This document shows, in pieces, positions 38,271 to 48,583 of a DNA stretch of 64,000 nucleotides. Both the position numbers and the translations under genes were made by a program. The stretch covers positions 1-64,000 of IMG/VR virus record IMGVR_UViG_3300037461_000428; one strand, given 5' to 3'. Every line of letters begins with the position of its first letter. The stretch's first letter is position 1. The notes under the pieces are model-generated. The model saw nothing but the letters and a program-made list of their open reading frames with translations. It searched no databases and was not told where the DNA came from. The DNA is from a virus.

Positions 38271-38637
38271 ATCAGAAATTACAATATTTAATGGAAAATT
38301 AGTACAGCAACTATCAGAAATATTTAAAGATATAGCTGTTAAAACTTCTATTGGTTTTCATATTAAATTAATGGATGAAAAGATTGAAGTATCAACAGAT
38401 GTAACTTTTATTAATAAAAAGAAATCAAGAGTTCAACAACTTCGTATATGTATAATAACAGCCTCAATTTATGAATGGCTTAGAAGTCCAGAAAGCATCT
38501 GTCATTATCATAAAGAGATCGAAAAGAATATACGCCTACTAGCTATGTCTTATCGAACTCAAAGAAAAGAAGGAACAGTAGAACTCTCAAGACCAAATAT
38601 AATAGTAAGTATCGACACAAGGAATAGGTATTTCTAA
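38170..38637 (+). CDS. hypothetical protein
   Basis: ATG after AAGGAGAAGAAAG. The track start is 38122. Confidence 0.55.
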   Translation: MGLNLRNNAETPFQNLVALFKLRVEKVQIRTTLESEITIFNGKLVQQLSEIFKDIAVKTSIGFHIKLMDEKIEVSTDVTFINKKKSRVQQLRICIITASIYEWLRSPESICHYHKEIEKNIRLLAMSYRTQRKEGTVELSRPNIIVSIDTRNRYF

Positions 38638-39107
38638 TGAATCCAGTGACAAATTATAAACCTTATGAAGCTACAAAAATAGAACCAATATACAAAACAA
38701 AAGAATCTAAAAATGATCTCCAAAAAAATAATGATGGAGACACGGTTGAAATAAATAATAAAGAATATAAGCCAAGTCCTCAACCAATTGGACCTTCTTT
38801 ATTCCCAGATAAACCAAAAAGTATTTTTGAACGAAGTCAAAATAAAGCAACAGATACACAAATTGGCGGAGATCACTATAAAAAATTTAAGATACAGCCT
38901 GTTGAGTTCTGTATTCTTAATGGTATCGGTTTTGGCGAAGGAAATGTAATAAAATATGTATGCAGGCATCAGTTTAAGAACGGGATTGAAGATTTGAAAA
39001 AAGCAAGACACTATATAGATCTTTTAATTCAACTGGAGTATGGCAATGAAAATCAAAGGTTACAAGCCAAGCAAGAAATGTGCAACTTACCTCAAGAAGA
39101 TGATTAG
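38637..39107 (+). CDS. DUF3310-family protein
   Basis: QIGGDHYKK..IQPVEF.......GFGEGNVIKYVCRH..KNG.EDLKKARHYIDLLI matches the DUF3310 signature. Confidence 0.65.
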   Translation: MNPVTNYKPYEATKIEPIYKTKESKNDLQKNNDGDTVEINNKEYKPSPQPIGPSLFPDKPKSIFERSQNKATDTQIGGDHYKKFKIQPVEFCILNGIGFGEGNVIKYVCRHQFKNGIEDLKKARHYIDLLIQLEYGNENQRLQAKQEMCNLPQEDD

Positions 39108-39624
39108 TAGAGGATTTTGGGAAATCAACGGGCCGATTTCATCAATTAATACTATCTCGCGTAAACTAGACATTTCAATGGCAACTGTTAGAAATGTTTT
39201 AAAACAGTTTGAACGGGATGGAATTTTAGAGTGTTGGGGAAGACTAGGATTCTATCTAGTATCTGATAGTACAAGAAGAAGTCAAAGTCGAAATCATAAA
39301 TTCCTAACTCTAATACAAACTAATCTTAAGGCTTTTGATATTTTACATAACAAAGGAATTAAGAAGCGTAATTGGCTAGTTAGATTTGATTCTAATTCTA
39401 ACAAAGTATTTGGACTAAATGAAGTATCAGGTCTTTCGATAGAAGCATCACTAGAAGAACTAACTACGATGCAGAAAGAGCTCCTATCTCTTTCTACTGT
39501 TTTAGCTATAGTTGACGTTAATGAATTTAAAGAAACAAAAAAGAAGTTTGATCGTCAAAGAGAAATATTACCATTAGCGCGAATTGTTCTCAACAACAAA
39601 AAAGAACTAGGAATAAATGAATAA
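39040..39624 (+). CDS. winged-helix (GntR-like) DNA-binding protein; start uncertain
   Basis: ISRKLDISMATVRNVLKQFERDGILE is HTH-like. Candidate starts are 39046 (after CTGGAG) and 39100. Confidence 0.5.
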   Translation: MAMKIKGYKPSKKCATYLKKMISRGFWEINGPISSINTISRKLDISMATVRNVLKQFERDGILECWGRLGFYLVSDSTRRSQSRNHKFLTLIQTNLKAFDILHNKGIKKRNWLVRFDSNSNKVFGLNEVSGLSIEASLEELTTMQKELLSLSTVLAIVDVNEFKETKKKFDRQREILPLARIVLNNKKELGINE

Positions 39625-39973
39625 CATAATCTATACTGATATTTGTCTTCCAGAGTTGAAGATAAAGATCAAAGAAAAATTAAAAATGGATATTATGTTA
39701 GGACTAGATCCATCTTTATGGGCTTTATCAGATGCTCTTGGATTAGTAATGGCACCAAGTATAAAACTTGCTGTAGTCAATATTATCAATGAGATAACTG
39801 TTATTGAAATGGGATTATTACACTTTATGTGTAAACCCATTCTAGTAACGGCTCCTAATATAAAAGATTATCCAATTTTAGCAAAAAGAATAATAGATTT
39901 TGCTGTTCCCGAATGTGATCTAAGAAATCCAAGTTCAAATTTTATCGATTGGTATAAGTCATGGGAGAAGTAA
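39617..39973 (+). CDS. hypothetical protein
   Basis: 118-aa ORF in the track. Confidence 0.55.
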   Translation: MNNIIYTDICLPELKIKIKEKLKMDIMLGLDPSLWALSDALGLVMAPSIKLAVVNIINEITVIEMGLLHFMCKPILVTAPNIKDYPILAKRIIDFAVPECDLRNPSSNFIDWYKSWEK

Positions 39974-42033
39974 TGAAAAAAATCTCGCCTGAAGTAAAGT
40001 CCTTCCTCGAATGGTTATCTGCCAACAAAGTAGAGAACCTTTTTTCCGAAGAAACTGTTACTCTAATAAGAAGTAAGACTTCAAAAGCAATAACATTGGA
40101 CAAAGAAGCGCAAATTAGAGCCGACAGATTATTCGCACAACTTCCCACAGGAATTTATGTCTCACCTAAGGAAGTAATAGATTTAATACAATCCTCTGTA
40201 AAGTCTATAATGACGGATTCGTTAAATTATTCTCCCATGACTCTTAATTTTAAAGAGTTTAGTTCATGTAAAGTAATGAAATACTTTCAGGGAAATATAA
40301 TAACTGGAAGAGAAAAAGAAATAGATACTATACTTCTTACTCTTAGTAAGAAAAGTAAACGTGGCTCGATTCTAATTGGAGACCCAGGTACAGGTAAAAC
40401 AGCTATAGTTCAAGCAATTAATGCGAGACTAATTGAGAGAACAGTACCAAAACAGTTAATTGGCTGTTATATTCTTAACATGGATATACCATATATCCTA
40501 AGTAAACATAAAGACGATCCAGTTGGAACTATAATTAATATTCTAGAAAAAGCCAGCGAGTATGATAAGGCTATTCTGTTTATTGATGAAATTCATCAGC
40601 TGCTTGGCCACAGAATGAATGATATTCTTAAACCATATCTTACTGAAAAGATTAGGTTTATTGGTAGTACAACTATTAACGAGTATCATACAATTATAAC
40701 AGAAGACACAGCACTTGAACGAAGATTTACCATTGTTCATGTCCAAGAACCAAATGTTGAAGAATCAACAAAAATGATAATTGGAACCAAGGCTGTGTAT
40801 GAAGAACATCATAAGTGTTCTATTCCAGATGATATATGTAAATATCTTGTAGAAATTGGAAGTAGATTTCTTGGCCATAGAAGAAATCCAGATAAGTCTT
40901 TGGATATTCTAGACATTGCCTGCTCCATTATGTATGAGTCTGAAATTAAAGACATACATGATAAAGAGAATAAGAATGGAGAACATCTACATGATATTGA
41001 CATTAAAAGAAAAGAGTTATCTACTCTAAGAGCGCATCCAGGAAAGAGAGTTCTAACTAACAAATATGTTAATTTGGCAATCGCTTCATTAACTGGAGTT
41101 AGCTATGATGAAATTAGCATGAGTACTAATTATGAAGGAGTTCTTAAAGCTATTAAGGAAGAAGTATTTGGTCAAGATAAGCAACTGACTCAACTTTCAA
41201 ATGTTGTTAATATTTTCAAGTCGACTAAATATGATCGTGTTAGACCAATATCAGTATTGTTAATGGTTGGGCCACCAGGATCAGGAAAAAGAACTTCAGC
41301 GCAGTTAATTGCAAAAAGATTATTCGGAAGTAAAAATTATTTTATTGATTATGATATGAGTGGATTTAAAGATGCATTTGCCATTACAGAACTTAAAGGA
41401 GCTCCACCAGGATACGTAGGATATGCAAAGTCCGGAGGATTGATAAAAGCCGTTCGTAATAATCCTTTATCTGTTGTGTTCTTTAGAGGTATTAATAATG
41501 CTCATGAGACAATTAGAAAGTATCTAGTAGATGGTTGCCGTACTGGTAAGATGACTGACTCCGCTGAAAGAGAAGCGAAGTTAAATAATACCATTATAAT
41601 TTTTTCAATAACTCTTGATACTGATTCTTTTAATAAGCTTATTAAAGGATCAGGAAAATCAATGGGATTTGGAAAAGTTAATGAAGAAGAAGAAAAACTT
41701 CCAAAGAAAGCCTTAACAGATATTGTTGGGCAGGATATTATAAGTATCTGTGATGATATATTGATTTACAATGAACTTAAAGCCGAAGATCTCGAAAAGA
41801 TATATAAGGCAAATTTAGAATCCTATTTAGGAATGTACAACGTGGATGTTGATCGTACAGAGTTACATAAGCTCGTCATGGAGAATTCGAAGAACGGCCA
41901 TGACGTAGTATCAAAATTATCTTCAGAAGTACCAAGACTAGTTTTTAAACAACTTTCATATAAGGAGAAAGAAAATGACAAAGTCAAAGTTCCCAAGATC
42001 AATCGTAAGAATGATCGAAGCAGCACGCAGTAG
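39973..42033 (+). CDS. ClpA/ClpB/ClpC-like double AAA+ ATPase
   Basis: GDPGTGKTAIV with LFIDEIH forms the first module. GPPGSGKRT forms the second. ELKGAPPGYVGY is a Clp signature. ATG after GGGAGAAGTA. Confidence 0.75.
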   Translation: MKKISPEVKSFLEWLSANKVENLFSEETVTLIRSKTSKAITLDKEAQIRADRLFAQLPTGIYVSPKEVIDLIQSSVKSIMTDSLNYSPMTLNFKEFSSCKVMKYFQGNIITGREKEIDTILLTLSKKSKRGSILIGDPGTGKTAIVQAINARLIERTVPKQLIGCYILNMDIPYILSKHKDDPVGTIINILEKASEYDKAILFIDEIHQLLGHRMNDILKPYLTEKIRFIGSTTINEYHTIITEDTALERRFTIVHVQEPNVEESTKMIIGTKAVYEEHHKCSIPDDICKYLVEIGSRFLGHRRNPDKSLDILDIACSIMYESEIKDIHDKENKNGEHLHDIDIKRKELSTLRAHPGKRVLTNKYVNLAIASLTGVSYDEISMSTNYEGVLKAIKEEVFGQDKQLTQLSNVVNIFKSTKYDRVRPISVLLMVGPPGSGKRTSAQLIAKRLFGSKNYFIDYDMSGFKDAFAITELKGAPPGYVGYAKSGGLIKAVRNNPLSVVFFRGINNAHETIRKYLVDGCRTGKMTDSAEREAKLNNTIIIFSITLDTDSFNKLIKGSGKSMGFGKVNEEEEKLPKKALTDIVGQDIISICDDILIYNELKAEDLEKIYKANLESYLGMYNVDVDRTELHKLVMENSKNGHDVVSKLSSEVPRLVFKQLSYKEKENDKVKVPKINRKNDRSSTQ

Positions 42034-42151
42034 AGGTTGGAATTCAAAAGAGATTGCAACCCATATTAATAGTTCTAAACTTGCTAAGAACCTGAAAGTT
42101 CATTATAGCACAAGAACTATTGCTGCTAAGCTAGCTAATTATAATAGGTAG
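41975..42151 (+). CDS. small HTH-like protein, 58 aa
   Basis: ATG after TAAGGAGAAAGAAA. It overlaps the Clp-like gene's 3' end by 59 nt. Confidence 0.45.
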   Translation: MTKSKFPRSIVRMIEAARSRGWNSKEIATHINSSKLAKNLKVHYSTRTIAAKLANYNR

Positions 42152-42206
42152 TATTTAAGTTAATCAACATCCACAATTTTTTTTATTTTATTAAACAAGG
42201 AGAAGT

Positions 42207-42590
42207 ATGAAAAAAGTAGAATTAACCCATGCAGAGGTTATACCTCTTTATGGAACAAAAGATGTTTTAAAAGAGACCGCAATAAAAGATAAAGGAACAA
42301 TCATTAATTTTAGTGTCAAAACTAAAATAAATGATAGAGTATCAAATAGTCCAGTTATTTTTGAAAAGTGCAGCTATTTTGCAAATTCGGCCGAACAAAT
42401 CGAAAGAATTAAACAGATAGTTAAACTCGGAAACGTACTAGACATTAAGGGTAAGCAAACTCGTAGCAGTTATAAGGATAAGACTACTGGCGCACAGAAA
42501 TATTCTGACTCAGTTGATGTCCGAGAAATTACACCTGTTCAAGCAGGTGCTGCTGTAGATCAACAACCAGAAGAAGATCTTCCTTTCTAA
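42207..42590 (+). CDS. ssb: single-stranded DNA-binding protein
   Basis: 127 aa, ATG after AAGGAGAAGT. OB-fold-sized body. Gln/Ala-rich linker and the acidic tip EEDLPF, typical of SSB. Confidence 0.7.
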   Translation: MKKVELTHAEVIPLYGTKDVLKETAIKDKGTIINFSVKTKINDRVSNSPVIFEKCSYFANSAEQIERIKQIVKLGNVLDIKGKQTRSSYKDKTTGAQKYSDSVDVREITPVQAGAAVDQQPEEDLPF

Positions 42591-42603
42591 GAAGGAGAAA
42601 GAA

Positions 42604-43029
42604 ATGATAATTAGCAAGGATACTAAAGAATTTAAATGGATATGGTCTGATGGAAAAATGCATAAAGTTAATATTGATCTTGACGGTGAAAAGATTGATA
42701 TTGAGGAACTTTATAAGACAGCATCAAATCTTCTTAGTGAAAAAGAAGATTTATGTAAATCCATTTATTTTCTAGGGGTCTGTTTAACCGGAAACCCAGA
42801 CAGTGCTTGGGGTTTCCTATTTGGCTATTTGATTCGTAGCATAAAGAAAGATAAGGCATGGATAATCAATCATGAAGAAGAAGATATTCCAGCAGATGAA
42901 AGAAACGAATATATGGCCGAGGCATTTGAGAGTGTGGCAAAGATGATTCGTGAAGGTAAAATGAACGAAAAGGTTAGCACTCCAAATGTTGGAGGAGACG
43001 ATGGCACCGACTTCTTTACCAAAAACTAA
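42604..43029 (+). CDS. hypothetical protein
   Basis: 141-aa ORF, ATG after GAAGGAGAAAGAA. Confidence 0.65.
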   Translation: MIISKDTKEFKWIWSDGKMHKVNIDLDGEKIDIEELYKTASNLLSEKEDLCKSIYFLGVCLTGNPDSAWGFLFGYLIRSIKKDKAWIINHEEEDIPADERNEYMAEAFESVAKMIREGKMNEKVSTPNVGGDDGTDFFTKN

Positions 43030-43858
43030 AGTAGTATCCTTGCATTTACAGTCGTGTTCGGGTTATTGCCCGAATGCGACTGTTTGTTATCATACTGCAA
43101 AAAATAAGACTACTGGTCAAATTGAATCTACAACATCATTAAGATTCGATGCCATATTAAATCATAAAGTTCATGAATCTATATGTGCAACAAACGAAGT
43201 TCATATAGATTTTATTAAAAGTTTATTAATAAATCATTCAAATTTTAATATAACTTTATCATCATTAATTGCTGATGTTTTTTGTAAAGATGAAGAGTTT
43301 AAAGAACAGATTCAAGTTTCTGTTTATAATGACGAACAAATTAAAAAATACAAAAATTATCAGAAGTTATTTTTAGTAAAAGATCATAAAACTCTTTTAG
43401 AATTTTATACATTACTATTTGGATCTAAGTCAGAAGAAACAGGAAGATTACACTTCTTATTTGATCAAGAATTTATTAAAAATAGATCATTTCCAATATT
43501 AATACAAAAATTTCAGGAATCAAAAAATAAGTTAATAACACTTGATACTTGTTTTTCAAGTTGGATAATAAATGGACATTGTCCTTATGATGATAATAGT
43601 TACATTGATATTTCAATAGATGAAACTATAAGAAAATGCCCATATGAACAAAATGGTACTTGGTTTGAAAATCTTTCATCTAAAGACTTAGACAAAGCAT
43701 TTGATTTAAAATTTGAACCAAGATGTGTTTACCAAAAAATATTTAAGGGAGATAAAGATGGAAAGTTCAGGAAAGATTCCTGTAATAAAAGTGAGGATGC
43801 CGATAACGAGCCACGAAGCGGTTCTGGACGTGTGCGGAGACTTTCATTACGGAGCTAG
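43001..43858 (+). CDS. hypothetical Cys-containing protein
   Basis: ATG after GGAGGAGACG. It overlaps the next gene by about 100 nt. Confidence 0.5.
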   Translation: MAPTSLPKTKVVSLHLQSCSGYCPNATVCYHTAKNKTTGQIESTTSLRFDAILNHKVHESICATNEVHIDFIKSLLINHSNFNITLSSLIADVFCKDEEFKEQIQVSVYNDEQIKKYKNYQKLFLVKDHKTLLEFYTLLFGSKSEETGRLHFLFDQEFIKNRSFPILIQKFQESKNKLITLDTCFSSWIINGHCPYDDNSYIDISIDETIRKCPYEQNGTWFENLSSKDLDKAFDLKFEPRCVYQKIFKGDKDGKFRKDSCNKSEDADNEPRSGSGRVRRLSLRS

Positions 43859-44618
43859 TAAGCAGGTAAGCAAAAATGATATCATTAATGCTTTAAATAG
43901 ATCTGCTGATGCATATCGTGGAAGAATATTTAGAATTTTTACAGGGGATCTAGTAGAGAATCAACTTAAAACATCAGTTGGACATAACTACGACGTTGCA
44001 ATTGCAGATCCGGCCATACAAAAAGCAGATATGATAGACATACTCAAAGATACTAATGAGTATCTCTATGGTACAAAAAAGTATAATAGTCTAAAGATCG
44101 ATAAGAAGGCAACTTCTTTTAAAGATCTATTATCTGTTGGAGTAGAAGGAAATCACGAATATAGAACTAGAAAAATGGTTGGCCAGTGGCTTTCAAAAGA
44201 AATGCATGAGGCTGCAAAGATAATAGATCTTAAGTTTGGTGGAATTGTCGAATTAACAATATTTAATACCAAATTAAAGATGGAAAAGACATATAAGATT
44301 TATGTAGCACATCGACCATCAAAAACAGATGCAACATCCATGGAAGCAATTATAAGAGCTTTCAAGAGAAAACAAAGTATCTTACCAGGAATAGATATAA
44401 TTATATTCGGGCATTTTCATCGTCGCTTTATTTCTTCTGATGGATATTTTGATTCTACAGCAGATGATTTTAAGAAAATACTTTACATAGTAAATCCTTC
44501 TCCGTTAAAAGATATGGAGTACGCCGATGAAGCAGGATATCCACCATTGAAGGTTGGGTATAACGTAAACTTATTTTTACCATTAGATCCATTGGCGCAA
44601 TGTTATGGGGTAATATGA
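43758..44618 (+). CDS. calcineurin-like metallophosphoesterase (SbcD/Mre11-like motifs)
   Basis: Contains GDFHYG, TGDLVEN, EGNHEY and FGHFH. ATG after AAGGGAGATAAAG. Confidence 0.7.
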   Translation: MESSGKIPVIKVRMPITSHEAVLDVCGDFHYGASKQVSKNDIINALNRSADAYRGRIFRIFTGDLVENQLKTSVGHNYDVAIADPAIQKADMIDILKDTNEYLYGTKKYNSLKIDKKATSFKDLLSVGVEGNHEYRTRKMVGQWLSKEMHEAAKIIDLKFGGIVELTIFNTKLKMEKTYKIYVAHRPSKTDATSMEAIIRAFKRKQSILPGIDIIIFGHFHRRFISSDGYFDSTADDFKKILYIVNPSPLKDMEYADEAGYPPLKVGYNVNLFLPLDPLAQCYGVI

Positions 44619-44646
44619 CTGAAATATTTAATAGAAAGGAAATTTC

Positions 44647-47466
44647 ATGAGCATTACAAAGGCCGAAGAATCAAGGCTTGCCACCTTTAAACCAGTATTT
44701 GATAGAATCGAATGCGATGCTGGAATTATTTTTGTTGATACTCCAGAAGAAACAAGATTAATTAGAGAAATTTATCGCACATATAAAAGCGACTCTGTCC
44801 AATTCTGGTCAATCGGGCAAGGTTTACATGAAGTAGAACAGAAAAAGCTTTCTGTAAATAAGTTCTATCCTCATAAATTTCCAGCAGTATCTGCTAGAAT
44901 GGGGAAGAATGGCAATTTTGATACAAGAGTCTCTCCATTAAATCTATTCAGTCTTATTGAAGAAGATTGTCGTGACAAGGCTAAGCCTAACGAAGTGCCA
45001 GATAAAAAGCATATTTATGTTTTACGAGATCTTGATAAATTTCTTAAAGATCCTGTATGTCTGCGCAGACTTAAAGATCTAGTATATCTTTGTGCTACTA
45101 CTTGTTCATGTATTATAGTTACCGGTTACGGAATAACAGTTCCTATTGAATTGGAGAAAGATGCTCAGTTTGTTAAACTTAAGTATCCAACTAGAGAAGA
45201 AATAATTGAAGGTATTCTTAAGAATACTAGGGAGCAAATCACAGAGCATAATAAAGTTGTTGCTCCAAAAGATAGAATTGATAACGTGTGGGATGACGTA
45301 GAAGTAGCAAGAGCATGTGGCGGACTAACTGAGGATCAGATCCTCAATACGCTACAATATTCAATGACTGTTCATAATAAGATTGATATCACAAGTATCA
45401 TTGAAGAGAAAAGATCCATCATTAATAAGTCAGATATTTTAGAGTACTGGACATGTACTCAGGGACTTGATGAAGTTGGCGGATTCAAGGCTATTAAAGA
45501 ATGGATCGCTATTCAAAAAACAGTTATGGATCATATCGACAATGCTGCAAAGTTTAAGACCACACCTCCAAAAGCAATCATGCTTCTCGGGGTTCAAGGA
45601 AGTGGTAAAGCACAACCATTATATACTCCCGTTTTAATGGCTGATAAATCATGGAAAAAAATGGAAGATATTGAAGTTGGAGATAAGATATTAACTCCTA
45701 AAGGAAAGGCTTCTACAGTAAAACAAATCTTTAACCATTATGATAAAGATAATTTTATTATAACTTTTAAAGATGGTCGTTCTACAGAATGTTGTAATGA
45801 ACATCTCTGGAAAGTATATAATAAAAACTGGAAAACCCAAAAAGAAGCCAAAGACGGATGGAAAATAATTACTCTAAATAAACTTATTAAATATTCAAAG
45901 TATACATCTGATACAAGAAGATTTTATATTCCATTACCGTCTTTTGAATTTGATACTCAAGAAATAGATCTTCCTTTTGATCCTTACATTATGGGTGTTC
46001 TATTAGGAGATGGTTGTTTTAGAGGTAATGGTGTAATTTTTACTTCTAACGATGAAGAAATTGTTAAAAATGTTGAAAAAAGATTGCTTCCTGGATATAA
46101 AATAACTAAAATAGAATGTGAAGAAAGAACACCAGACTATAGAATATCTCTTATTAATAATGATGGTCATACAAGAAATTTTTACAAAGTTAAATTAGAA
46201 GAACTTGGATATTGGGGTAAATTATCTTGGGAAAAGAATATACCAGAGATTTATCTTAATGGTTCACTAAACCAGAGATTAGAACTATTACGAGGTCTTC
46301 TAGATACAGATGGATATGCTGGAAATAGTATTAGTTATTCTACTACTAGTCCCAACTTAATGCATTCCATGATAAAACTTATTAGATCTGTAGGAGGACA
46401 AGCATTTTCTACAACTAAAATTTCAAAAGTTTCAAAAGAAAGTACACGAGAATTTTTATCTTTTAATATAAACATAAGATATCATAATCCAAAAGATTTA
46501 TTTAATCTAACAAGAAAAAAAGATAAATTATCTGATAATTACCAATATAATGATTTAAAGTTAGAAATAACAGAAATAAGACAAGTTAAGTCAGAAGACA
46601 TGAGATGTTTATTACTAGATGACGAAGAACACCTTTATATAACAAACGACTATATAGTTACTCATAACACTTTTTGTGCTCAAGCACTTGCCCAACATCT
46701 TAAGGTAAGTCTACTTAAGTTTGAAATCGGAAAAGTATTTGCAGGATTGGTTGGAGAATCAGAAAAGAGAATGAGACAGGCTCTAACACTCGCTGACGCC
46801 GTGGGTGGAATCATTGTAATCGATGAATTGGATAAGGGACTATCAGGAGCAGGTTCTTCTGATAAGACTGATGGTGGAACTACAAACAGGGTAATTGGAT
46901 CTCTATTAACTTGGTTAAATGAAGATCATCCTGGATTGTTATTGGTTGCAACAGCAAACGACATCACATCTCTTCGTAATAATCATCCTGAGCTTTTACG
47001 TAAAGGAAGATTCGACGAAATCTGGTTCTCTGACGTTCCAAACGCAGAAGAAAGAGAAGAGATTTATGGAATTCACATTAAGAAGTCTGGAAGAGATCCA
47101 AAGAAGTTTGATCTCAAAAAGCTTGCTGAATATGAGTACATTGATAATGACCACCAGAAGTTTACAGTAACTGGCGCCGAGATCAAAAGTTCCATCGAAG
47201 ATGCAAAAAGAAATAAGTTTGCAAAAGGTGGTGGAAAAGAAATCGAAATTGGCGGGAAAGACGATATTACTACTGAGGACATTTTAGAGTGTCTTAAGAA
47301 GATTAAGCCAATTACGAAAATTGGAAAAGAAAAGATTAATGCAATGCGTAAATGGTCAGAAGACAATGCAACAAATGTTTCAGCAGGAATTCCTAAAGCT
47401 GAAAAGAAAAAAGGAACAAAATCAAAAGTAAATCTTCGTGAAGCTAATGAAGAAATCGAACTTTAA
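44647..47466 (+). CDS. Ycf46-like AAA+ ATPase interrupted by an intein
   Basis: The Walker A motif is split, GVQGSGK | intein | TFCAQALA. Walker B is IVIDELDK. ATAN...ELLRKGRFDE is the second region of homology. Confidence 0.8.
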   Translation: MSITKAEESRLATFKPVFDRIECDAGIIFVDTPEETRLIREIYRTYKSDSVQFWSIGQGLHEVEQKKLSVNKFYPHKFPAVSARMGKNGNFDTRVSPLNLFSLIEEDCRDKAKPNEVPDKKHIYVLRDLDKFLKDPVCLRRLKDLVYLCATTCSCIIVTGYGITVPIELEKDAQFVKLKYPTREEIIEGILKNTREQITEHNKVVAPKDRIDNVWDDVEVARACGGLTEDQILNTLQYSMTVHNKIDITSIIEEKRSIINKSDILEYWTCTQGLDEVGGFKAIKEWIAIQKTVMDHIDNAAKFKTTPPKAIMLLGVQGSGKAQPLYTPVLMADKSWKKMEDIEVGDKILTPKGKASTVKQIFNHYDKDNFIITFKDGRSTECCNEHLWKVYNKNWKTQKEAKDGWKIITLNKLIKYSKYTSDTRRFYIPLPSFEFDTQEIDLPFDPYIMGVLLGDGCFRGNGVIFTSNDEEIVKNVEKRLLPGYKITKIECEERTPDYRISLINNDGHTRNFYKVKLEELGYWGKLSWEKNIPEIYLNGSLNQRLELLRGLLDTDGYAGNSISYSTTSPNLMHSMIKLIRSVGGQAFSTTKISKVSKESTREFLSFNINIRYHNPKDLFNLTRKKDKLSDNYQYNDLKLEITEIRQVKSEDMRCLLLDDEEHLYITNDYIVTHNTFCAQALAQHLKVSLLKFEIGKVFAGLVGESEKRMRQALTLADAVGGIIVIDELDKGLSGAGSSDKTDGGTTNRVIGSLLTWLNEDHPGLLLVATANDITSLRNNHPELLRKGRFDEIWFSDVPNAEEREEIYGIHIKKSGRDPKKFDLKKLAEYEYIDNDHQKFTVTGAEIKSSIEDAKRNKFAKGGGKEIEIGGKDDITTEDILECLKKIKPITKIGKEKINAMRKWSEDNATNVSAGIPKAEKKKGTKSKVNLREANEEIEL
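45610..46668 (+). mobile_element. intein (353 aa) with a LAGLIDADG homing-endonuclease domain, Ala1 type
   Basis: It starts AQPLYTPVLMADK (Ala1, T6, V8, D12) and ends IVTHN followed by Thr+1. LAGLIDADG motifs GVLLGDGC and LLRGLLDTDGY. Removing it restores GSGKT. Confidence 0.75.
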
Positions 47467-47478
47467 AAAGGAGTAGTA

Positions 47479-47907
47479 ATGTCACATAAGACAAGTATTC
47501 AAACAGAATTAAAGCACAAGAAGTATTTGACTCAAGCGTTAACTGATCTTGGATTTCAGTTTACTGAAGCCCAAGAAGGTCAGACACTAACAACAGTTGG
47601 TCGTTATGGAGTGCATGAAAAAGTCGATATTCTAATTGAGGGAAATGGCAACCACAATTATAATAAGTCGGTTGGATTCAAGAAAGAAGCAGACGGAACG
47701 TATTCTGCAGTCGGAGACTTTTATGGTCTAAGAACATCAGATGGTCGTTCGGTCACGGAGTCTATGCTCAAGTGTGAAGTTACTGCGCATGCCAAAGAAT
47801 GCGAAGTAAATGAAAGACTTAGCTCTTTAATGTTTTCAATGGACAAGTCGACTAGAAAAGAAAACAACAACGAAATCAGCTTTGAGCTGAAAAGGTGGGT
47901 GGACTAA
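47479..47907 (+). CDS. DUF1257 (Ycf35-like) protein
   Basis: 142 aa, ATG after AAAGGAGTAGTA. Paralog of 12891-13361. Adjacent to the AAA+ gene. Confidence 0.65.
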   Translation: MSHKTSIQTELKHKKYLTQALTDLGFQFTEAQEGQTLTTVGRYGVHEKVDILIEGNGNHNYNKSVGFKKEADGTYSAVGDFYGLRTSDGRSVTESMLKCEVTAHAKECEVNERLSSLMFSMDKSTRKENNNEISFELKRWVD

Positions 47908-48104
47908 TGGCTTATCAAACAGTTAAGGTTAATATTAATAAAAAAACCGGTAAGATGACCATGGAGGCCGAAGGATTTATTGGAACCCAATGTGATGCAA
48001 TTTCAGACATTGAAGCTCAACTTGGAACCATTACTAATTCCGAGGACAAACCAGAAAGATATCAGTATCTCCAACCTGACTATGTTCCACAAGGACAATA
48101 CTAG
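47907..48104 (+). CDS. DUF2997-like small protein
   Basis: The ATG overlaps the upstream TAA. Paralog of 13361-13567. Confidence 0.6.
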   Translation: MAYQTVKVNINKKTGKMTMEAEGFIGTQCDAISDIEAQLGTITNSEDKPERYQYLQPDYVPQGQY

Positions 48105-48232
48105 GAGATAACATAAAGGACAGGGACGTCCAATATGTTTTTTAACCATGTTCGAAATGACAAAAATCATGGATTATTACATGCTATTTACCAGATCATT
48201 CTGTTGTTAAATGTACTACTAATGAATATCTT

Positions 48233-48583
48233 ATGTGGGTTTCTTCTGTAGGATATAAAGACGATTCAAGAATAGTTAAAAGTACTAAATTAGAAGATAT
48301 TTTAGTATCAACAGTATTTTTGAGTGTGGATCATAAGTATGATAAATATGGTCCACCAATGGTATTTGAAACAATGGTATTTGGAGGAAAAATGAACGAA
48401 CATCAGGAAAGATATAGTACCTGGAATGAAGCAATAACTGGTCACGAGATGATTGTTAAAATGGTTAAAGAAACAGAAGAATTTGATTTTGTAGTTAGTA
48501 ATGCACTAGGAATTAAACTAGAAAATGAGGTAGAGTCAAAAAATGATCAAAGATATCGTAAAAGAATTTGTCTTAGATCATAA
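48233..48583 (+). CDS. hypothetical protein
   Basis: 116-aa ORF in the track. Confidence 0.55.
   Translation: MWVSSVGYKDDSRIVKSTKLEDILVSTVFLSVDHKYDKYGPPMVFETMVFGGKMNEHQERYSTWNEAITGHEMIVKMVKETEEFDFVVSNALGIKLENEVESKNDQRYRKRICLRS

Noticed and set aside
46919-47366. ORFs 46919-47170 (+) and 47073-47366 (-) inside the AAA+ gene.
   Set aside because: They are embedded out of frame, or antisense, within a strongly supported AAA+ domain.
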